Shown: one piece after another, positions 1-12,375 of the stretch | Layout: every line of letters begins with the position of its first letter | Numbering within the stretch: the stretch's first letter is position 1 | Origin: Botryllus schlosseri | Taxonomy: Eukaryota | Assembly (NCBI GenBank): GCA_051294905.1 | Contig: CM119372.1 | Span: 21,638,001 to 21,702,000, forward strand | Reading direction: 5' to 3' | DNA length: 64,000 bases | Position numbers and translations under genes: made by a program | Notes under the pieces: generated by a model | Seen by the model: the letters and a program-made list of their open reading frames with translations, nothing else | Databases searched by the model: none | What the model was told of the DNA's origin: nothing

Positions 1-184
1 GTAATCAAAAGATACTGCACTCGCCCAAACGTAAGAAAATTTTCGTGAGACGCACACACAAATTGTCATGTCATCATTCTTCTGTAAGTACCCCTGCTAG
101 CATTTGCATTGTTGGGGCTCAGATTGGAGAGACCGGATTATTCGTCACGCCCACAGAGCGCGGCTACTGACAATGGACACATAC

Positions 185-305
185 CCAAAGTTTTGGCCAA
201 GGTCATTCTTTTGTAGCACACGTTGTGGAGTTGCATGTTGGCCGAAATTGCATACGTCTTTTGGTGTGTCGTACCGGGGTAATGACGGCCACCGAAATGC
301 ACATT
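185..305 (-). CDS. Possible further spectrin-repeat exon of the RhoGEF-like gene
   Basis: ATAAG|AAT ... TTG G|GTATGT, 121 nt open; GRHY...AISANMQLHNVCYKRMTL weakly resembles the H-Y-A...I...L helix of spectrin repeats. Confidence 0.4.
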
Positions 306-3300
306 CTTATGAATTATGCATGCTTTTTTTCTTGAGGGGGAGAGGTATGCATTTCAAAATCGAGCTATTTAAAGACATTATCTCGAAGAAAATTTTCAAG
401 TTAATTAACTCTCTTGCAAATACTCTATTATAATTTATGTTGATTTACGAAATACTTTTGAGTCCCCTTAGAACTCGCTCCCGGTCGTATTGGGGAGTTC
501 GGGGTGTGGCAGTTACGGACCTGACAAGAATGCAAATCGTTGGCTGCGACGAATAGTCCTGCATATAGTTGGGAAATGGGTGCATTATGACGTAACAAGC
601 AAATGACTTATCATTTATGAAGAAAGTTGGTATCTCATTAGACCTTATCTTCATCGCAAGCCTTATATTGTCTTTCAATATCTCCAATATATTAGAAGCC
701 AAACAAATGTAATCGTGAGTAATCGTGATTACTTTTGAAATGTAATCGTAATCGTAATCGACTACTTCCTGATTTTGCTGTAATCGTAATCGTAATCGTA
801 ATCGCGGGATTCACAAGTAATCGTAATCGCAATCGATTACATTCGTGAAGTAATCACCCCATGTCTGTTACCAATAACATGCAACCAATGATGGCCAACA
901 GGACCGTAACTGCCGCACCCAAGGGCGCCCAATTTCGTGAATAAACACAAATTATTGAGTATTTTATTTTGAAAAGTAATGCAAATTTTTTAAAACTCCC
1001 CGCGCTGTGCGCGATTTCATGTTTCCAAGTATCTTGAATATTTCGCTACGCATGACTATAGAAATGGGCATTTCGACGCCGGCTATTACCGCGCAACGAC
1101 GCACCAAGAAATATGAAGTTTTAGATCATGTAACATGCGACTCCGAAAAACGTGCCACACGATCGGCAGCGAGTTAACTTTGGCCCAACAGGACTGCCCT
1201 TACGCTGACCGAAAGCTTCGACTATACATATATGCATAGGCGCTTAAATAGCTGGCGCCGAATGTTCCTGTCCTGGCAATCTGAACCCCACAAGACAAAT
1301 GAGATAAGTTTGGTTTATCACCCTATAAGGGGCCCAAGACCAACGTTTTTGGAGGGGCTGACGAAGTGCTGCTTCGGTCCCGGTGGCCCGGACTAGCCTA
1401 TCATCACAAAACATATGACCAAGTCCAGTGTGAGGACACAACCTATCGCGATTGTATGTCTTTACAAAGTCCAGTTCAGCATATTGATAATTTCATCATT
1501 TCCAAATTCCACAAGATTGAGATAAAGTGAAATGATAGGAAGGAGGCGAAACGACTTAGGGTAGTCTTTCAATCAGGCCATCACCTTGGCCTAGTACGTG
1601 TAAATAAGAGGCATATGTTCAATTGTGTAGTGTTAACTGAACTGGAAGGGAAATGCAGTGAAGTGAACATTACTCATATCGTATTTAGATTATATACTTC
1701 CCCTATATATTGTCATTTTATGATACGATGTTTTGCACTATTTCACAATATAGCGTACCGTCGCTACACCACAGCTCTATCCCTAACCAGCCTCGTGGTA
1801 AGTCCGCCGAGGGGGGCATGGCGTAGGTCCGTTTATTTAATATCAACCAACAACCCATTAGCACAAACAGCGCTTACCCTGTCACACGATTCCTCGAATT
1901 GCTGCACCAAAACCCTCTTCTCCAACGACAGCAGCCTCTCGTCCGCCGACTGAACGTAACGACGGATTGAGGAACACACGCTTTCGTAGCTAGACTGAAT
2001 CTGCTCGGCATACGATCTGCGATAATCGCGAATGACGGTATCAGGAGAAGATATATTCAAAGTCAAATCCTTACATAGATTGCAACCGATGGCGGCTGAC
2101 TTAATCATCGGTGCTACTCAAAATCGAGGTAGAAGTAATATCGTAAATTTCTACTCAAATAGAAGTTGAAGTAGCGATATCCAAGGCATGCCAGAACGGC
2201 ATTCTACTTAACAAAATTCAAAGTTTAATGCAAGTAGTGTGGTTAAGTACCGATAATTACAAGTGGAAGTAGTCAAAAGTAGCCTAGTGCAAGTTTTCAA
2301 AAGCTTCTTGATTACTCCGAAAACGTAGAGGTACTTCGTTACCGACCTTTTTGTAACGCTACTCGAATATTTAAAATGTAGAACAAACAGAAGCCATTCT
2401 GGGTGAGACTTCGCAAGGCAAGGGCGATTGTCGGTAAATGTGAAATTTTAAAATCAGCGCGTAATGAGTAATGACATTGCATGTATAAAGAAGAGTTCGT
2501 AGTTCACGGAAAATGCAGGCGGACGGCGTGTGCCAATGGATAATTTTGCAATCTTTTGCAACATCTCGAATAATTTCAGCGGTAAATTGTATTTTAGGGA
2601 TTTAAGAATGTTTGACTTCTGAACAACACATACACCAACTGCATTATAGGTATCGTGATTTGTGTGCATGGTATTGTTTCGGAATTTGAATCGCAAGTTA
2701 AAAGCAATCTGAATGAAACTGAGCACAACCATAGATGTAATGTAAATCATTGCGTCTCGCATCACCCGAGAAAATATGCACAACGGTCCTGGTCGGACTC
2801 GGTTAACTTACCGGTTTTCCGGGGTACGCACTTTGCTCAGGTCCTTCATGAACCGGTGTCCCCGGTTATGCAAGTCCCGCACGCGAGGGTCGTCCAGCAA
2901 CGCGGTCATGGTAGACCTGTGCTTGCTCAAGGTCGCGTTCGTTTCTCGCGCTGACGAGGGCGCCGTGGCGGCGGCTATCGCGAGGGTGTGACTCGCGAAG
3001 TTGTGCTGGAGACGCTCACAAAGCAATACGTACGATTCGACATCCTGTGGGAGAGTTCGTGATCGTTATTTTCAATTGCTAGCGAGGCCGGAGCCTTGTA
3101 TCTATCGGGAGTTTAAATGTTTCATTTCAATTGGGAACTTGACGCAACTTGGATTTTAATCGCACGGAGTCGTTTAGGCGGAGTTGGAGTCGGTGATTTG
3201 AACCCGCGTAGGCCAACCTTGTTTAGCTCAGAAACCGGTAAAATTCAACAACAAAGTTTGCGGATCGGAATCGCAATTTAAATCGCACATGGAGTCCTAA

Positions 3301-6300
3301 GTCCGAGTCGGCCAAATCTAATATTTGAAACTAATCCCTTGAGTATTTTTCAGACATTTTAAGACAGTTTCTACGTAAACCTGGAGTATAAGTTTTGACA
3401 CGTCTTGAAAATTACTACTTCCTGTTATCGAGAAAAATGTACGCGTTAGTTCTATTTCAACTTGAGTAGAAACGCTGACTTATTTAATCAGCTCTGCCTA
3501 TATACCAACAACGAAAAAGATGGATGCAGAAATCTTCAAAGTCATACATGAATTTTTCGAATATTTAAGTGCAGGATCGATGCACCAATTTTGTCGAATC
3601 TTATTATATTATGTATATTTATAACTAAGTATTCACATCAAATAACCGCGTTCATTCGAACACCGCATTCGACGAGTGTACATAAATATACGTGGACAAC
3701 TTGAGAGCAATAATTACGCATTACACATACAAGAATATGATCTCCAATAGCGAAAACAATGCCTATTTTTACGTGTGCCTAACATTGACCGCATGCGCGT
3801 GACATCAAACCGGGCCAACGTCATCAACACAACCAGGATGGATTGGAACTCGTCTAAAAGTATCGCGTCGGGACTCACCATTCTCCGCTTGACCCAGTCG
3901 GAGTGATAGTACTCTAAGTCGCCGCCCATAACTTTCGGAATATTGTCCATCTTCACGTAACCCGGCAGCTCTGACTTTTTGCGGATAACGACGCACTGAA
4001 AACGATCGCCGTTGATGTCAACGATTTTACACACGCAATGCAGATGTCAAATTTGCGGACAGATAATCCCGCGAGCTTAGCGTCCTAAAAACAGCCTACT
4101 CTCTCCAACGCAAATTGGCACAGAAACATTTGGACCAAGAATCTGTTCCCATACGCCGCCTCCTTTATCACGATTATACTCATAGACATATCGCTGGGGC
4201 CTAAAGAGTGGCACATTTTAAGAGACGGGTATGCACGAAGCGCCGCATGACTTCTATCGATTCCATCTTGTAAGAAGTGGGGATATAGATCTCTATATTC
4301 ACAACCACATATCAAGCCTGATCGATATTCATACGTGACTGTGCCAATGACCACACAAATTTACTCCCATGAAACTTTCATCCATACAACGGAAGCAGCC
4401 GTATGGCCATGGACTCAGAGGCGGTCAGTAACGAATAGCCTCTACCTTTTCGAATTACTCAAGTAGGTTTTCGCTGCCTACATTATATACATCCAGTTGA
4501 AATAGTTTTGTCTTGTCTTAGAAAGGCTACTTCTACTTGTAATTGATTAAACATTTACAACGCTGCTTCTATACTTGAGTACCAACGCTGACCACTATGA
4601 CCACCTCGGAGCTTGGTGCAATGGTGCATTCTATATCGGGGTGAAGCATAGAAGTCGCGAATCTCTTTGCGACTGAGTATTAAATTTCCGACAGATCACA
4701 TAGAGGAATATGTCATTATTTGAAACGAACCTGGATATTTTATTATCAGTACTGCTATTGTGAGCTTGAGTATATGACTAATACCGAATCGGTCGTTGAA
4801 CACTTTGCCCGGTCAAATAGGATTGAGTAATTATCATCCACCCTAGCAACGACGGAATATTTTTGCTGCATAGCGACTGATACTGTGTATGTATGTATGA
4901 TGAATGGGTTTCAAATTGTGATCCCATCAACGTCTGCTAGATATTGTGGCGGATTCAGAAGTCAACCGTCGACATACGCAGGCCGGTGAGTGAGTCAAAT
5001 CATTACCTCCGCCATGAACTGATCGACATTCGGATGAAAGTCGTCCTTTTTCGTGATTACAACAATTTTCGATAGGGTCCCGGAGCGATTTTCCTGCAAA
5101 TACAAACGATCGAAAATCGATAATTGAATAATAAGATCAGTCTGCATTGGTCATTAACACAAAATGATCGATGACAAGTCGAGCTGACTTTATTACCCAT
5201 TTAAGGCACTTTTGCATTGCAGTGTATAGAGATTCGACATTCATCACAGGAGCGACTACCAAACACGACAACGGATGTTTTATTGAGACATAATGTGATA
5301 ACATTACATTCAGAGACGATTTATTGTTTCAAGGGGTCTTGCCGTTTCTATTCCGCACGGTATAGTGAGACGTATCATACACGGGACTCCTATCTGCATG
5401 GTATTGAGCAACAGTGATCAAGACGTACAATGCAATACCGTGTTAGTTTGACCGCGCATTCATCCAAGGATTACGTTTGCAGCTATATTTCTACCGCTTC
5501 TTCAAGATATTGAACTTGACTGGCCTCAGCGGAGAGGCATAGATTCCACCACTTTATATACGTCAGCGGCGTTATAGTATTCAGAGTGCGTCAAGGGTAT
5601 AATACGCCACTTATCGAGACGGTTCGATGAAAATCGAGAGTAAATTGCCCAAAATCGATAAGGCCGGGAGAGCGGATACCGGGCTCGATTACTCACATAT
5701 TTTCCGATACTCAAGCCGGTGTCTTTACGTGATGGTGTACTAGATAGTAGTACGTGCTCTAAAATCGACATAGTGTCGGTCAACTGCAGCATACACTTAG
5801 ATCAGAAAATTCAAGTGGGAGCATGTCGTCATATCACGGCGAAAATAAATTTGAAACGGAAGAATTCTCGACATATGATCGCCTTTGAATGTCATTCATA
5901 TTCACGGGAGGTTTCCTGAACATCTAACACGACGGCATAGCGCTAGCATTCTCAATTACTAGAAATACCCGTCAATTTATCACCATTGAGCCCCAATGAT
6001 GGTATGCAGGATTGCATTACCTAACATTACATAGAATGCCGACACTGAGAATTTTGAATATACTGTAGTTTCTGATGCCTTTGGTAAATTAAATTATAAT
6101 CGCATGGGGACAATATTCACACAATACAAATATCCTCAATCCCACTGCTCATAACCATTGTTAGATTCGCAAAATTTTGAGGATTAATGATATTCGATTT
6201 TCCGATTAGAAATACTGTGGTCACATAACATCTAAAATGTTTTCATTGACGAAGAGTTTAATTACCGATCGACTATATTTTCTTGAGGAACTCTCAGACA

Positions 6301-9300
6301 CATAACTGTTGGGAATTGTGATCCACTAATGGGAATGTGTTTCCATGCTACCATGTAGTTGACTAAGTTGAAATCCTTGACCTCTCAAATTCGAAATTCT
6401 ATACATGTTTTTACTAGCTATGTGGGAGCAAGGGACCTAATAGATAGTCATCTCAACGATTGACGCAAAATGTTGGCAGACAGTCCGGTTGCACCCGTAA
6501 AACAACGTGCAATGTCGTATGCACATTCCAAAACCATAAAGCATTACCTGAAAAAGTACGATCGACTCTTCGACGATAGACCAGCTCTTCGCGGATGCTT
6601 CACTGATGACGAGCGTCATATAGGATGCGTTTGACCTATCAGGAAAATAAAATATTTAACACTCAAAAAAAGCTAAACACAATTGACGAAAGTTGGGTGC
6701 TACATTCAGCAACAAGTGAACCCATATCACGTTCACAGATATATCCACATTCTCCAGTTATAAAACAAAGAGTTTTCTGGCACCGCAAGAGCCAATGACG
6801 CATATAACTTTGGCATATTAACATGCGGTGTAACCCGGTGTTTGAATGAACTATTTATTATATTCTATGTGGCTCTCCGAAACCGAATACTTATCAATAC
6901 TATCGTGATTTTCTGAAAATGGAGAATACGGCATCATTATAAAATAACGTGAAGATAACGATTCATCATACTGTAAACCGGCTTCGAAGATGTACATTAC
7001 GAAACGTATGGAAAATCAAAATATATTCCAGTTCATACACATACAGCAGAATTCTTAGCACATCATTTAGAAGTCATATTGAACTAGTTTAATCCAAAGG
7101 GAAATCCAAAATTGTTAACCCTTATTGCCTGATAGGGGCGACGGTATTGAAAGAAATCAGTAAGCAATCTATAATTTGATTTTGAATAATAGCTTGACTG
7201 CTTAGGCATGCTTCAAACATTTAAGATCACTACGTATATGTGATGTACACTAATGACGAAAATCTAGGATATCAACCTCATTAAGTTCAATAATACAATG
7301 AGAAACATTTTGATATTAGCAGAGTTCAATTCGCAACTTCGACCATCATAAATATGAATGCAATGTATGATGTTGCCCAAGGCGTGGGTGACACTGATAA
7401 AGAATTTCAACAATTCAGCAAGATAGGAATGCGAATTCGTAATAATATCCGTTATCCGGGCATGTTATTACTAATTATACATGGCTTATATAGTAGTCCA
7501 AAACCACTAACCCCCATTGCGGTAAGTAATAATTATAATATCACAACTACATATCATTTCTAAAGTCTTGAGACGTAGGAATCGATAGATATACAATATA
7601 CATATTACATATTCAAGAAATGGGTGGACGCTTGGAAAGGGTACGATATTTCAATCTTGGTGAAACCAATTATCAAAACCGTTGCACTGGCACCATGCAG
7701 TTTAAATTTGCAGTTATATAGATATAGCCCGTGTTTGCACTTCAATGAGGTTGGCAAATTTATCGAAAGATACGTAATGACAATCACACAATTGGCATTT
7801 TGATCTGTAATATTTATCATAACCTTGCCACGTTTCATCATTTCGTAGCACATTGTCTACAACCACGCCTTTCGAATACATATTTGTCAATAAGAAACAA
7901 TCTATTTATGAACATTGAACAACGACAAGATATATAGCTCCGCACAATAGGTGTGGACACGGCACGTACAGTTCATTAAACTACGACCGATACAAACGAT
8001 GATGATTGAGTGATGACATCGGACATCCAATAAATTTGTTTGTAGTTGAAGGCGACTACAGTCACGTTGTGATCGACCAATGCAAAATTTATTGCTTGCA
8101 TTGTAGGCTAATTATGTAATTTGACAACGTCAAGCCTTGATATTTGAAATTGAACATCTTAGCTTTTCAACGTTTTTCTATCTTTTGATTGTGACATGTT
8201 GCGTATCGCGATTTCGACTCTGATCGCGAGAAATATTAGCATGAAATGTATACCTTACGGGTAAGCTATTTTGAGAGCAAATCAAATCAGTTACACGCAT
8301 AATATATAATCACATGGGTTGTTTACCTGTTGGACGCATGGTTGGTGATAAAAAAATGACTGTGAGAAACGGTACTGAATAGAACCTATTTCTTCTGAGA
8401 AAAAGGCGTGGGACTAACGTTTGGAACAGGGATGGTAAATGCGTATAATCTCACATCATAATGGTAGTTTCATCATCATACAGCCAATATGAAACCAGTA
8501 TTTCAATATTATTCGGAGTTCCGAAGCGTCCTATACCAGGTTCGCGATATATTCGTTATACGTGAGAGTGGTTTGTTTACATACATAATCCTCCACATAT
8601 TTGTTGCGTAGCCTAAGCTCTGTATACCTATTTTTGAAAAGGTTTGTATGTTTAATTTCGTGTCACTATACGAATCAAATATACCGTACCTATGTTTACA
8701 CTAGACGTGATGCGGCGCTTTTGCCAGACACAAATTTGATCGTTTTTATTGTGACATCATGCTGCGATTTCGGGGTATGAAATGAAAGTATTTAGTAAAC
8801 TCCTCCGAAATACTACACGGTAAGTATTTCAAGTAGAACTGCCTAGTAGGAAGTCGTAGCGTGATATTGTCAAAATTAAGTCTTTGGTGCATGCTTAGTC
8901 GAAGACTGCGGCTTAATACAACTGTTTCAAGTCATTTCAAATGATTTATTTTCCCATTGCCCCTTGATCCATAATTCAATATCCACGACTATTGTCAAGC
9001 TGATAAGCTCACAATTAAGGGTGATCTGTCTATGAAAATGCATGACCCTTGTGGTTATTTTGATTAGACTAGTTGCTTGGTCAGATGAGGTTTTCATTAT
9101 TTGACTCATCGTTATACCTATACTATACATCCATTGAACATGACTAAGGACGGTACAGTCAATCTCAATATGATATCAAAATTAAAATTTTAAAACCTCT
9201 TGGTGAACCACGCTATAAATTGAGTTTCATCATCATATTTAAAATGATCGTATATGCTTGTTCTTGATTACGGTTTAAATCTAACTTCTTGCTTTTTAAA

Positions 9301-12300
9301 CATGCTTAACCAGGACTTGAACGATAACATAAAACCATCATTTCGGTTAGTGCATACATAATGAGACACAAAGTGGGTAATATTGCCGTATAATGTCCCG
9401 TCAAGTCGTGCTGGCATTATCAAATAAAAAGGCTCTTAAACAGGACGAAATTAGCAATAAAAAGTGATCAAATATATCACGGCATTGCCTTAGGGAGGTC
9501 GCATCGATGTATGCCACAAAGATAGGTCTAGCATGGAGAACTTGTCATTTAATTCAATACCATACCATCCGTAGCATGGTGTCTATTACATCGAACAATT
9601 CAGCTTTACAAATATACACATCTCACTCACAAATTATGAAAACATAATGGCGCATTGTTACGCTTCCATGTCTAATCTTCAGATGCGAGTTAAATGGATG
9701 AAACAAACATATATGTTCCATGCCAATTTCTTCGGGAACAACTCAAGAAAATACAGCTACACAAGATTGCTGGCGAGATGCGGCGTTTTTTTTCGTCACG
9801 GTTCAAGGCATCTGACTATATCAACATTATATCTAATTTTTCGGCATTACATGTGGCGACCATAACATTGGATATACACTCACGCGAGATACAGCATCAG
9901 TCTTGTGATCTCTATTTTCCCGATGTTTGGGTGTTCGTTTATTATACTGCAGCGGATGAAAAGAACAGGGCGTTGATTGATATCGCGACACCCTGAATAT
10001 ATCGATACAATGAATTGGATGACTTGAACGCACCGTATGGAATGCGCTGAAGTGTTTCGAATTGCTTGGAATTACCTGGCGATAGTACGCATCCAGAGAG
10101 TAAACTATCCTTTCGAATTTCCTTCGCACATCGAGGTCTGCTCACCTTCAGTTTTCCGTCCTCTGTGAATATATACAATATACCTGTAGGACATATGCTA
10201 TTGGACATGTGAAGGTCGTCAGATCATAATTGAAGCTTGCAGTTTGCAGTTTTCTGGCGATTCAAATGGAGTCGCTTCCGTCCGCTGGTCACCATAAACC
10301 CTGAACAGTGCTGTTTTGGTGACGAATATGTCGACTACCCATTTCTCCACAACAGTGGTCGCTCTGATCCCTATGATGAATCACAGGTGGAGTCCGACGG
10401 ATAGCGGATATTTGAGCCGACACCGATAAAGCCGATAACTAGTACCTTCACCGATAACCGCGATATATTCGGCATATATTCAAAAGATATGGAAGAAGCT
10501 TAAGGTGAATTTCCAAACTTCTGAGAATCTATTTTGACAGCTTTACCGCCATTGCTACCCTTGGATTTGAGATAAATTCGAAACATTGTATCTGGACACC
10601 GAAAAGTCATAAGTAATATATTAATATCCCCGGTTTAGCAGTCTCCAACTCCCTACTCATGTGCTTTGACGTCACAAAAAATTACCGACATTGTTTTAGC
10701 TCTTCAGGCCGATACCGATATTTCTCTCAAAGTGTAATATCGACTCGATGTTATCGGGCTCGAACAAAGGGCTGTCATATGTGAGAGCAAATTTTCTCAA
10801 CTTGAACTTACCTATATGCGTGTCTATAACAGCAGTTCTAAATCTTTTATATATCACAGAACCCCAAAATCATCATACATGTTTTCATCGAACCCTTCGA
10901 AGTTGCCAAAATAAAATGTACTTCTCTCGGCAATCTTATATCTAGATACCGAACGTGAATAAAATCTGTCGAAGTATTAAGCTATCTGTAAAACTGATTC
11001 TGAAAATGCAACTTGTAATCGGCGTTGTTCCGAAAAATTATTGCGCTGTAAAACAAAGGTTGGTAGGACTAGGAATGCGTCTGGACGAAGTTGACCAATT
11101 GCCTTTAGGGGACGATTTCAGGATTGCCCGATTTCAAATTGGTAATACCACTCACATATCGGTTATGCAACAAATTCCGCTGCTTTACTTCGTTTCATAT
11201 CTGCCATAGTCGCATATGACTGATCACCACAATATCTTGAAAGTGAAGTATGAGTATCTCAAACCACTGAGACTGGCTCACTGGACCCCAAAGGTTCAAT
11301 TGAACCCAGATTAAGAACCGCTGGTCCATATCAACGAAATTGATATTTTCTAACCTCCATGACATCCGATGATAGTATCGTCATCCGAAGGGACCAATGT
11401 TAGCGACGAAAGTTGCGTACAGAATTCAGGTTTGTACGATGAACTTGCGGACCTCGAAGAAAAGTCGCTGTCTTCGGTATCAGTGCCAGAACTGGAAGAC
11501 TCTACGTCGCTGTATGTGACGTCACAGATTACATGACGCAAGATATCATGTACTTCGTTACTAGTCGGAGAAGAGTCAGCATCGATAGACCGTGCGATTT
11601 GACTAGCACTGAATTGCAACGATTTTGGAGGTATGGTGATGCTTTGAGTGGCAAGCGATCGTTTTTGCGAGTGTGTGTTATCATCGCCCGGTATCGATCT
11701 TGATTTATCTGACGATATATAATCCATTCCACTGTTCGCTTCTAAATTCGTATGCCTGTGAGGCAAATGGCATTTATTTTGGAAATAGGTAGCCGAGTCG
11801 GAATTTTTAAGTCCCACTTTCTTAATTCCGATTACATCACTTGCAACAGGTTCGCGAAGCTTTGGGTTATTGTTGGCGTCGCTAAAATCGAACACACAAT
11901 CATTGTAAGTCGTTTTACTTTTTCGGTTATTCGTGCTGAGATATCCATTACGTCCAGGTCGATATTCCTCCGCTATATCTGATATTGTACCGTTTGCCCC
12001 CGCAGCAGATATCACGCGTGTGGGGAAGACTGAGGTCGTTTCCTCATATCGTCCTGGCGGACTCTTCGTTTCGTTGATACCTTGCAGCAAATCCTCCAAG
12101 GAAACACTCAAAGTTCGGTCAAATCGTTCCAAACGTTTTGGCGGTCGTCTCAGCGACATGCTTCCTTCGTGAAACTTGCTAGATATCTTCCTTTTACCTC
12201 TCGTGTTTTCCGTCTTAGAATCCGCGTTTAAGTCTGACATTCGAGCGCTGTACTGCCGCGAAGACTTCAGCTCACTTTTACTATCGCCCTGATAAAAGTA

Positions 12301-12375
12301 TCCGTCCTCCTTAGTGGATATTTTCCCACGCAGAGGCTTCACTGATTTGATGGTTCGCTTATCGACAATCGACAT
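185..12375 (-). CDS. Multi-exon CRAL-TRIO (SEC14) + spectrin-repeat protein, puratrophin/PLEKHG4/ARHGEF40-like RhoGEF; partial, continues past the left edge
   Basis: Phase-compatible GT-AG exons 11355-12375, 10076-10162, 9884-9992, 6548-6635, 5697-5783, 3879-3995 and 2812-3044 join into ...DSLLSGCVLSPG-CRDINQRPVLFIRC...EITRLMLYLA-SNASYMTLVISEASAKSWSIVEESIVLFQ-LTDTMSILEHVLL...-CVVIRKKSELPGYVKMDNIPKVMGGDLEYYHSDWVKRRM-DVESYVLLCERLQ...LLDDPRVRDLHNRG. This follows the SEC14 domain and following helical segment of the PLEKHG4/ARHGEF40 family as recalled. No DH/PH domain lies in the window, so the RhoGEF call is by family resemblance. Confidence 0.75.
700..866. repeat. GTAATC-array MITE-like element
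   Basis: Clusters of (GTAATC)n ending in ...GTAATCACCCCATGTCTG, whose reverse complement CAGACATGG resembles the TIR of the 60276 element. Confidence 0.6.
1878..2069 (-). CDS. RhoGEF-like exon, spectrin repeat
   Basis: Strong donor GAC AGG|GTAAGC at 1878; peptide ...SADERLLSLEKRVLVQQFEESCDR is spectrin-repeat-like. The 5' acceptor is uncertain. Confidence 0.7.
2812..3044 (-). CDS. RhoGEF-like exon, helical/spectrin-like segment after SEC14
   Basis: CCCACAG|GAT GTC ... AAC CG|GTAAGT, 233 nt, phase 0 to 2. A small bridging exon near 2630-2720 is likely but its boundaries are ambiguous. Confidence 0.85.
3879..3995 (-). CDS. RhoGEF-like exon, C-terminal end of CRAL-TRIO domain
   Basis: TTTTCAG|TGC ... 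AGA ATG|GTGAGT, 117 nt; ...IPKVMGGDLEYYHSDWVKRRM is the typical GG-x-L-x-Y-x-H-x-x-W end of SEC14 domains in Trio/Dbl/puratrophin proteins. Confidence 0.9.
5697..5783 (-). CDS. RhoGEF-like exon, CRAL-TRIO domain
   Basis: CTGCAG|TTG ACC ... AAA TAT|GTGAGT, 87 nt, phase 0 to 0; LTDTMSILEHVLLSSTPSRKDTGLSIGKY. Confidence 0.7.
6548..6635 (-). CDS. RhoGEF-like exon, CRAL-TRIO domain
   Basis: TTTTCCTGATAG|G TCA ... TTT CAG|GTAATG, 88 nt, phase 2 to 0; SYMTLVISEASAKSWSIVEESIVLFQ resembles the conserved beta-strand/W-helix of SEC14 domains in Dbl-family proteins. Confidence 0.8.
9884..9992 (-). CDS. RhoGEF-like exon, CRAL-TRIO domain
   Basis: ATTCAG|GG TGT ... CTC GC|GTGAGT, 109 nt; encodes GCRDINQRPVLFIRC...EITRLMLYLA, matching the G-x-D-x-x-G/Q-R-P-V/L motif of SEC14 domains. 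Confidence 0.85.
10076..10162 (-). CDS. RhoGEF-like exon, start of CRAL-TRIO domain
   Basis: TTCACAG|AG GAC ... CCA G|GTAATT, 87 nt, phase 1 to 1; encodes EDGKLKVSRPRCAKEIRKDSLLSGCVLSPG. Confidence 0.75.
11355..12375 (-). CDS. Large Ser-rich, low-complexity exon of the RhoGEF-like gene
   Basis: 341-aa ORF ending GGA G|GTTAGA (phase 1 donor), in phase with the acceptor at 10162. ATG at 12373-12375 with possible acceptors just upstream. Confidence 0.65.

Noticed and set aside
4085-4354. Minus-strand ORF between two SEC14 exons, with a plausible donor at 4100
   Set aside because: Exon 5697-5783 splices in phase directly to 3879-3995 and gives a normal-length domain; this ORF is not needed, though a cassette exon cannot be excluded.
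10146-10162. Apparent 17-nt microexon (internal GTGAGC donor)
   Set aside because: It would end in phase 0 and break the frame; the longer exon to 10076 keeps phase and conserved residues.
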